Source of the DNA: an uncultured Mycoplasmatota bacterium
Lineage (GTDB): Bacteria; Bacillota_I; Bacilli_A; RF39; UBA660
Direction of reading: 5' to 3'
DNA: 64,000 nucleotides
Assembly: GCA_946497955.1 (NCBI GenBank)
Contig: CAMMMH010000003.1
Coordinates: forward strand, 10,316 to 74,315
Positions within the stretch are counted from its first letter, which is position 1. Each line of letters starts with the position of its first letter. The notes under the pieces were generated by a model. It searched no databases, was not told where the DNA came from, and worked only from the letters and a program-made list of their open reading frames with translations. The position numbers were made by a program, and so were the translations under genes. Of the stretch, positions 57,468 to 64,000 are shown piece by piece.

Positions 57468-57626
57468 CTCTGGGTCATCGAGTACTTAAAATGTATCATA
57501 TTTTACATGTGAAGTCAAATGCAACCATTATTTTGATTTTTGTACTACTACTTATAGTTTGCTTATATTAAGATGATTTATGAGTACTAATTATAAATAC
57601 AAAATAAATTGGAGGTATCTAGTGGA

Positions 57627-58361
57627 ATGACATTGCCATATATAGAATATAATCTTTCAGACTTAAATGAACACGGCATATTTATAAATCCTATATGTAA
57701 TAACACATGTTATATTAATCCATCATTATCTGGACATGATGCTGATTGCATTCTTAAGACTTTTAGAACTTGGTTTAATCCAAATAATATATATTTTTAT
57801 GATAGAGAAGAAGCTTTAGAAGTATTAAAAGATAATATAGAATTTTTATCCGATATAGAAAATATAAGTTCTGATGAATATTTTAATTTAAAACTATATA
57901 AATATTTCTATGATGTTTATTCTAGTGATAAAACTAAAATAAATGTATCTTCACAAGATAAGATAGATTTATCACTTACTACAGGTTACACACCTAAATT
58001 TTTTTATTGTTATCATAATGTATATAATAGAGTAGAAAGACTTATGGATGAAGAAGATGAAATAGACATTTTAAAAAGTATTTTAGTACAATCTTGTGAT
58101 GTGGATTCAATAGAACTAGTTTGGCCTAATACCATTTGTACTTCTAAATTTAATATCTATGAAACATTTTATAATTATCTAATTATGGATTATAACGTTC
58201 AGATTGTTCCTAAAAGGATATTTAATGAAGAAAAGGGAGTCTTTATTGATTATAAATATAATGAATTTTTGGTACCAGATTCTGAATTAAGGTTAAAAGA
58301 GGAAGTGACTAGTATAAGAAAACTAGTAAAAAAAGATGAACGATACAAGTACTTTAAATAA
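57627..58361 (+). CDS. Hypothetical protein
   Basis: GGAGG RBS at 57611-57615. ATG 57627 is preferred over TTG 57609. Cys- and aromatic-rich, with no recognisable domain. Confidence 0.55.
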   Translation: MTLPYIEYNLSDLNEHGIFINPICNNTCYINPSLSGHDADCILKTFRTWFNPNNIYFYDREEALEVLKDNIEFLSDIENISSDEYFNLKLYKYFYDVYSSDKTKINVSSQDKIDLSLTTGYTPKFFYCYHNVYNRVERLMDEEDEIDILKSILVQSCDVDSIELVWPNTICTSKFNIYETFYNYLIMDYNVQIVPKRIFNEEKGVFIDYKYNEFLVPDSELRLKEEVTSIRKLVKKDERYKYFK

Positions 58362-58396
58362 TTTTAAAATAAAAAAGTAAATGAGGTGTACTAACT

Positions 58397-59578
58397 ATGA
58401 AATGTAATGGCTTTGATAGTGACAATTATAGATATTTTAATTTAAATAAAAGCGGAGGTTTTTCAGGTTACACTAATTTTAGTTATGGAGAATTAAAAGA
58501 TAATGATATTATAAAACTTTCTAATAAAGACTTAGTTAATCTATTATTTAGTAATAATTATTTTTCTTTAAAAGATGATATATATCCTTATCATATTAAA
58601 GAATATCCTAGTAATGAACCATTTGATTTATTTAAATATATTAGAATGCAAGATGCTATAACTTTTAAAAGAGATGGGGTAGTACTTTTTTCTTTTGGAT
58701 ATGGAGAATATGCTTTTATTAGTAACTTTATGAAAGAAAAAATGAACTCTAATATGCTATCTACAAAATTACTTGTTGATACTACTATAAAAGAAGAAAA
58801 TGAAAGAATGCTTAGCTTGATTAAGGAAAGTGAAAAAGTTAAATTAGGTAATAGTTCATTAAAAGAAGAAATTGTTCCTTGTAATAGACAAGGTTATAAA
58901 TTTATAAAAGATATATGTTTTGAATTAGAATATCATAAAGACGAATCTTGGTCTTTAACTGAGCCTTCTTTATTTCTAGCACTATTTAATCAAGATTTTA
59001 TAAGACTACTTTCTAATAGTACTGAGATAGTAGGTAAAGACAAAGAAGAGATATTTTTAAGTGAATATCAAGATAACCTTGATGAAATGCCTATAAGATA
59101 TTATCAAGTAAAAGATGATGTTAAAGTAGATAGCTTAGGTGAACTTTTTAATAGTTTTTCCCTTAATAACTTTGATAAAGATTATCATAGTATTATAGTA
59201 AGAGAAAATGCTAAAATGATAGATATTTGTAAAGTAAATAGAGATAATTTTAAAGAAGATGGTTCTCTTAAATATTTCTATGTTACTTATGATAATGATT
59301 TTTCTGATAGAATTGCTGAAAGAGAGATTTTAAAAATAGCAGTTAGAGTTCCTTATAAAGAAGCATTAAAAAGATATAAAATGGATTTAGAGTGCATTAA
59401 AGAAAAGAGACTATTTGATGAAGCAGAAGAGTTTGTTAAAAATCATAAAGCAAGTTATAATAAATTTATTAGAAAAAATAAAGATGTAACACCAGTAGAC
59501 TTTCTTCTAAGAGAAAGAAGTATGTTAGAAAAAAGATTAGTTAAGACATTAAAAACACGAGTAGATACTATTAAATAA
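58397..59578 (+). CDS. Hypothetical protein (393 aa)
   Basis: RBS ATGAGGTG. Long ORF with no recognisable domain. Confidence 0.6.
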   Translation: MKCNGFDSDNYRYFNLNKSGGFSGYTNFSYGELKDNDIIKLSNKDLVNLLFSNNYFSLKDDIYPYHIKEYPSNEPFDLFKYIRMQDAITFKRDGVVLFSFGYGEYAFISNFMKEKMNSNMLSTKLLVDTTIKEENERMLSLIKESEKVKLGNSSLKEEIVPCNRQGYKFIKDICFELEYHKDESWSLTEPSLFLALFNQDFIRLLSNSTEIVGKDKEEIFLSEYQDNLDEMPIRYYQVKDDVKVDSLGELFNSFSLNNFDKDYHSIIVRENAKMIDICKVNRDNFKEDGSLKYFYVTYDNDFSDRIAEREILKIAVRVPYKEALKRYKMDLECIKEKRLFDEAEEFVKNHKASYNKFIRKNKDVTPVDFLLRERSMLEKRLVKTLKTRVDTIK

Positions 59579-59606
59579 TAATATAATTAATTAGGAGTAT
59601 GATGTT

Positions 59607-60464
59607 ATGCAAAGATTTAAAGCTACTAAAATAGCAAGTTTTTTAGGAATATTTTTTAATTTATTTTTATTTGTAATTAAATTTATCGCTTCATTCTTTA
59701 CTTCAAGTCAAGCGATGATGGCCGATGCTATTAATAGTTTAGGAGATATTTTCTCATCTCTTATGACTCTAATAGGTAATAAAATAGCAAGTAAACCAAG
59801 TGATGATGATCATAATCTAGGTCATGGTAAAGCAGAATACATTTATTCTCTTTTAATAAGTATTGTTATTATTGTAGTAGCAGTTACTCTATTTAAAGAC
59901 TCACTAGAATCAATTCTAGTTAAAAGCGATTATACTTTTTCATATATGCTAATAGTAGTTTGTATTATTACTATAATAATTAAATTATCTTTATATTTCT
60001 ATACTAATAAATTATCTAAGAGTCTAAATAGTTTACTACTTAAAGCTAACTCAAAAGACCATTTATATGATGCTATTATTACGACTATTAACTTACTAGC
60101 AATTATATTAACTAGTTTTGGTATATACTTTGTAGATGGTTTAGTAGGTGTCTTAATAGCTTTATGGATATTAATTAGTGGCCTTAAAATCTTTAAAGAA
60201 AGTTATGATGTCTTAATGGATAAAGCTATAGATAATGATACAAAAGATAAAGTTTTAGAAGTAGTTAAGAAATATAGTGAAGTAAAGAAAATAACTCACT
60301 TTAATGCCACACCAGTAGGATATAAATATCAAATATCTTTTACTATTTTTGTAGATGGTAATATGTCTACTTATGAATCTCATGCTATTGCTAATAAAAT
60401 TGAACGAGAACTTGAAAAGTTTGATGAAATATATTTAACTGTAATTCATGTTAATCCTATTTAA
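59607..60464 (+). CDS. Cation diffusion facilitator (CDF) family transporter
   Basis: Six TM segments. ADAINSLGD (TM2) and DHxxD-like KDHLYDAI (TM5) motifs. C-terminal cytoplasmic domain. Confidence 0.85.
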   Translation: MQRFKATKIASFLGIFFNLFLFVIKFIASFFTSSQAMMADAINSLGDIFSSLMTLIGNKIASKPSDDDHNLGHGKAEYIYSLLISIVIIVVAVTLFKDSLESILVKSDYTFSYMLIVVCIITIIIKLSLYFYTNKLSKSLNSLLLKANSKDHLYDAIITTINLLAIILTSFGIYFVDGLVGVLIALWILISGLKIFKESYDVLMDKAIDNDTKDKVLEVVKKYSEVKKITHFNATPVGYKYQISFTIFVDGNMSTYESHAIANKIERELEKFDEIYLTVIHVNPI

Positions 60465-60520
60465 TCCTTTGCAATATAAAGAAAATATGATATAATCTAC
60501 TGGTAGAAAGAAGGAGTAAT

Positions 60521-62143
60521 ATGGAAAAAATATATGTTTTTGGACATCGTAAACCTGATACAGACTCAGTTAGTGCAGCGATAAGCTATTCTTATTTAAA
60601 AAAACAATTAGGTTTTAATGTAGAGCCTCGTGTATTAAGTGCAATTAATAAAGAAACTAAATACGCTTTAAATTACTTTAAAGTAAAAGAGCCTGCATAT
60701 TTAAATGATGTTAAATTACAACTTAAAGATGTTAATTATCATAAAGGATATTTCTTAAATGAAAAGAAATCTATTTTTGATAGTTATATCTATATGTTAA
60801 ATGAAGGGTTAACTGGTGTACCAATAGTTGATGATAAAAATAAATTTAAAGGAATAGTTACAATTAAAGATTTAGCACATACTTTTATTAATACTAAAGT
60901 AGAGAAGCTTGAAACTAGTTATGATAACTTACTTAATGTTTTAAATGCTGAAGAAGTAAATAGAGCAGATGATGAGATAGTTGGTAATATTCTAGCCGCT
61001 GCTTATCGTAGTACAACTTTTATAAATACAGTTAAACTAACTAGTGATGATATCTTAATAGTAGGAGATAGACATAGTGTTATAGAATATGCTGTTAATT
61101 CTAAAGTTAAGATGATTATACTATCAGGATTTAGTGAAATAAAAGATGAACATATAGAACTTGCTAAAGAAAATGGCGTTAATATTATTAGAAGTAGTTA
61201 TGATACATATCATATTGCCAAATTAATAGGTTTAACTAATTATATTAGAACAATGGAAAGAACTACTAAAGATGCCGTTTACTTTGATGAAAATAGTTAT
61301 GTTGATGATATATTAGATGTTAATAAGAAATTAAGACATACTAATTATCCTGTTATCAATGGAAGAACAGGTAAATGTTTAGGGCTTCTAAGAATAACAG
61401 ATTTAGATTCTAAAAATCCTAAGAAAGTAATACTTGTTGACCATAATGAAGAAAAGCAAAGTGCTGAAGGATTGGATGAGGCAGAAATCCTAGAAATAGT
61501 TGACCATCATAATTTAAGTAGTCTTTCTACTGCTAGTCCTATTAACTTTAGAAATATGGCTGTTGGTTCAAGTAATACTATTATTTATTCGTTATATAAA
61601 GAAAGAAATATTGAAATACCAAAAGAAATAGCGGGTATGATGTTATCGGGAATTTTATCAGATACATTAATACTTAAATCACCTACAACTACAGAATTAG
61701 ATAGAAAAGCTGTTAAAGAGTTATCTAGTATTGCTGGAGTAGATTATGAAGAATATGGACTCAATTTAATTAAAGCAGGTACATCACTTGATGGTATGAC
61801 TCATGAAGATGTACTATATAATGACTTTAAACTATATACAGTAGATGATAAGACTTTAGGTATAGGACAATTCTTTACTACCAACTTTGATGATATTAAA
61901 AAAGATATGGATGCTTATCTTGATACTTTAGATAGAGAAGCAGAGGGTAATAACTATTCATTAATCGCTTTATATATAACAGATATCATTAAGAATGGTT
62001 CTTATGTTTTATTTAATAGAAAAGCTAAAGATATAATGGATAATGCTTATGATAAAGATATGAGTGAAGGTGAATATTTACAAGACTGTGTTTCTCGTAA
62101 GAAGAATGTAGTACCTGTAATAATGGCAAGTTTTGAGAAATAG
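60521..62143 (+). CDS. Family II (DHH/DHHA2) inorganic pyrophosphatase with a CBS/DRTGG insert
   Basis: VFGHRKPDTDSV, VDHNE, DHHN and SDTL motifs, with a regulatory insert of about 250 aa containing CBS-type repeats. Confidence 0.85.
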   Translation: MEKIYVFGHRKPDTDSVSAAISYSYLKKQLGFNVEPRVLSAINKETKYALNYFKVKEPAYLNDVKLQLKDVNYHKGYFLNEKKSIFDSYIYMLNEGLTGVPIVDDKNKFKGIVTIKDLAHTFINTKVEKLETSYDNLLNVLNAEEVNRADDEIVGNILAAAYRSTTFINTVKLTSDDILIVGDRHSVIEYAVNSKVKMIILSGFSEIKDEHIELAKENGVNIIRSSYDTYHIAKLIGLTNYIRTMERTTKDAVYFDENSYVDDILDVNKKLRHTNYPVINGRTGKCLGLLRITDLDSKNPKKVILVDHNEEKQSAEGLDEAEILEIVDHHNLSSLSTASPINFRNMAVGSSNTIIYSLYKERNIEIPKEIAGMMLSGILSDTLILKSPTTTELDRKAVKELSSIAGVDYEEYGLNLIKAGTSLDGMTHEDVLYNDFKLYTVDDKTLGIGQFFTTNFDDIKKDMDAYLDTLDREAEGNNYSLIALYITDIIKNGSYVLFNRKAKDIMDNAYDKDMSEGEYLQDCVSRKKNVVPVIMASFEK

Positions 62144-62546
62144 TATAGTTTAGACTATGCTTTTTCTTTTGGTAAAATTTGTGTTTTTTTGTTCTTATGT
62201 TTCTTTATTCTTTTTCTTAATATTATACTTGATTATTAGAGAAGATATTAATATTATTATTTGGGATATTGTCTATTTTTTACCTATTTTTCTATTGACA
62301 CAATTTATCTATTATGATACTTTATAGACAGAAGAGGCGACACATAAAAGATGGAGAAAGGAGGAAATTTAAAATTTTTGAAAAAAGTATGAATTTTGTA
62401 ATTTTAAGAAGTTTTTGATATAAATATTTAAAATTCGTCTAGAGAAAATAGTAAATTGAAGCCATATTTTTCTTGAATTTTGAAAATTGCCTTTTTGCAA
62501 TGATTTATAGACTATGATATATCTAATTGCAGAGAGGAGGAACTTT

Positions 62547-63353
62547 ATGAATAAAGTACCTAGATTTATATCATTAATGTCAGATACAACTGCAAAAGCT
62601 TTACTTAAAGATAAACGCTATAGTTGGTTCTATGAAGATATTATTAAATTTAAAACTAGTATTGATTTAACGAAATATAAGTTAGTTGATGCTGAGATGA
62701 ATACTGGTAATAAAGCTAAAGATTATAGAGCAGATTTAATTTATGAGAAAGGAAAACACCTTATTAATCTAGAATTAAATCAGTTTATCCACGAATACAC
62801 TTTAACAAAGAATCTATATTATGCTTTAAGATTAGCCGGTTATGGTTACTTATCAGGAGAAAATTATGATGAAAGATATGTAACTCAAATAAATTTAAAT
62901 AATAAAGTAGGAAATGATGGTAATAAAGATAATAGTTTAATAGATTATAAGTTACAAGATCCTAAATATGCTAAGATATTAAAAAATATAAATATTGTAG
63001 ATATATATCTTTTAAATTACAAAGGAATAAGATATAATGGAACTAACAAATATGAAACTTACTTATCTATGTTAACAGCAAACTCTTATGAAGAGATGGA
63101 AGAAATAGTAGGAGATTTAGAAGAAGGGAGAATAATTATGGAAAAGTTAAAAGAATTAGGATTAGATGATAAATTTGGCATGTACTATGATGCTGAGATA
63201 GTGCATAAGAAAGAAGTAAATTCTGCTAGAAAAGAAGGTGCTAATAATGAGAGAAAATCTATTGCTAAAGCGATGTTAAAAGCAGGAGAAAGTGTTAGTA
63301 AAGTAATGAACTATACTGGCTTAAATAAAAAAGAAATTAAAATGTTAATGTGA
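62547..63353 (+). CDS. Rpn-family recombination-promoting nuclease / 'putative transposase' (PD-(D/E)XK), locus 2
   Basis: FISLMSDTTAKALLK, KDYRADLIYE...INLELNQ, C-terminal ...KSIAKAMLKAGESVSKVMNYTGLNKKEIKMLM. ATG 62547 follows GGAGGA. Paralog of 33732-34622. Confidence 0.75.
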   Translation: MNKVPRFISLMSDTTAKALLKDKRYSWFYEDIIKFKTSIDLTKYKLVDAEMNTGNKAKDYRADLIYEKGKHLINLELNQFIHEYTLTKNLYYALRLAGYGYLSGENYDERYVTQINLNNKVGNDGNKDNSLIDYKLQDPKYAKILKNINIVDIYLLNYKGIRYNGTNKYETYLSMLTANSYEEMEEIVGDLEEGRIIMEKLKELGLDDKFGMYYDAEIVHKKEVNSARKEGANNERKSIAKAMLKAGESVSKVMNYTGLNKKEIKMLM

Positions 63354-63369
63354 AGAAAGAATAATAATT

Positions 63370-63584
63370 ATGAAAAAACTAAAAGAATTAGGTTTAGATG
63401 ATAAATTTGGAATGCTTTATGATGTAGAGATAGTACAAAAGAAATAATTAAATTCTGCTAGAAAAGAAGGTGCTAAAGAAAGAGAAAAATCTATTGCAAA
63501 GAATCTTCTTAAAATGAACTATCTGTTAAAGGTGTAATGAAAGCAACTGGACTATCTAAAAAACAAATAACTACCTTGATGTAG
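63370..63584 (+). pseudogene. Decayed stand-alone copy of the Rpn C-terminal domain (locus 2)
   Basis: MKKLKELGLDDKFGMLYDVEIVQKK*, with the TAA at 63445-63447. It then reads LNSARKEGAKEREKSIAKNLLK..., has a frameshift near 63520, and continues LSVKGVMKATGLSKKQITTLM*. Collinear with residues ~198-268 of the upstream gene. Confidence 0.65.
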
Positions 63585-63632
63585 TAAGTAAATATTAAGG
63601 GACTGATTAGAAAATAAAAATATTGATTTCTA

Positions 63633-64000
63633 GGTTCTTCCGAAAGTTTGCGGATTAACCAATAATAGGAAGTAGGATATATTCCTACTTTTTATTATGA
63701 ATTTAATACTTGTTTAACAATCTCTTCTAAAGCAAAGTTGTCTAAAGTGGACAAAAAACATAGATAAGTTTTCTTAAAAAGGTTGCATAATTTCTGTTTT
63801 CCATATACAATACGTTTGATAAGTTTGAATTTGTTGTTGTTACCTTCAACAAATCCAGAATTTATTTCAGAAGATATTGCGTTTCTAACAGCGGCAATAT
63901 CTTTTTTTATACCATTACAAAATGATGGAATATCATCTTTATATAACTCTATAAATATATCTAATAATTCTGTATCATTACCAAATATAATATCATGGAA
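63633..64000 (-). mobile_element. End of an ISL3-like insertion sequence (continues beyond the window)
   Basis: Candidate terminal inverted repeat GGTTCTTCCGAAAGTTTGCGG at 63633, then a hairpin (AGTAGGA/TCCTACT, 63672-63689), then the 3' end of the transposase gene on the minus strand. Confidence 0.5.
63695..64000 (-). CDS. ISL3-family transposase, C-terminal 101 aa (partial; not in the ORF track because the start lies outside the window)
   Basis: Minus-strand frame open from 64000 to the stop at 63697-63695: ...IAAVRNAISSEINSGFVEGNNNKFKLIKRIVYGKQKLCNLFKKTYLCF..., matching the N(G/S)xxEGxNNKxKxxKRxxYG C-terminal signature of ISL3 transposases. Confidence 0.65.
   Translation of the reverse strand, partial: FHDIIFGNDTELLDIFIELYKDDIPSFCNGIKKDIAAVRNAISSEINSGFVEGNNNKFKLIKRIVYGKQKLCNLFKKTYLCFLSTLDNFALEEIVKQVLNS

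Noticed and set aside
41072-59600. The whole tRNA-to-CDF interval (HNH remnant, cps locus, orphan cluster) as a tRNA-integrated genomic island.
   Set aside because: I found no integrase and could not find a direct repeat of the tRNA-Leu 3' end downstream. The composition is not visibly different from the flanks. Only the narrower 'variable locus with decayed flanks' statement is kept.
33732-63353. The two Rpn-family 'putative transposase' paralogs as ends of a ~30-kb composite mobile element.
   Set aside because: The intervening DNA carries core genes (addAB, tRNAs, CDF transporter, pyrophosphatase). The two copies are in direct orientation and diverged, and no terminal repeats or target duplications were seen. 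Rpn proteins are not bona fide transposases.
1-64000. CRISPR arrays, rRNA operons, prophage or integrase genes.
   Set aside because: No regularly spaced direct repeats, no rRNA-like sequence, and no integrase, terminase or capsid-like ORFs were seen anywhere in the window.

Overview
This is a very AT-rich chromosomal segment, coded almost entirely on the plus strand, from a low-GC Gram-positive bacterium (Bacillota-like). Supporting gene content: RNase HIII, AddAB, a T-box leader, CpsBCD/LCP capsule genes and a PASTA-containing PBP. TGA is used as a stop codon. No rRNA, CRISPR array or prophage was seen.

Core blocks:
- Surface protein, Nudix hydrolase, P-type Ca-ATPase.
- A reduced dcw-type cluster (class B PBP, orphan gene, mraY, ftsW).
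- An Asn T-box operon (ybaK/proX-like gene, asnS, orphan gene).
- rnhC/cvpA/trxA; comN-like gene, secDF, relA, dtd; yceD, rpmF; addB, addA.
- Two tRNAs (CAT, Leu-TAG).
- A 14-gene capsule/EPS locus (about 42.4-56.4 kb).
- A CDF transporter and a CBS-type family II pyrophosphatase.

Accessory content:
- An AbiEi/AbiEii module whose toxin gene has no canonical start codon.
- A three-gene XRE-ImmA / PIN-like / Doc-like module.
- Several frameshifted or decayed genes: an HD-domain gene, an HNH-like gene, a DinG-like helicase and a DUF3800-like remnant.
- An orphan gene cluster at 56.5-59.6 kb.
- Two paralogous Rpn-family (PD-(D/E)XK 'putative transposase') loci.
- The end of an ISL3-like IS at the window edge.

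The best candidate for something undescribed is the Rpn architecture. Each full-length Rpn gene carries an internal Shine-Dalgarno plus an in-frame start codon in front of its C-terminal domain. Each is also followed by a separately encoded copy of exactly that C-terminal domain, starting at the same codon register. The copy is intact at locus 1 (34655-34915) and decayed at locus 2 (63370-63584). All calls come from reading the sequence and translations by eye; no database search was run.
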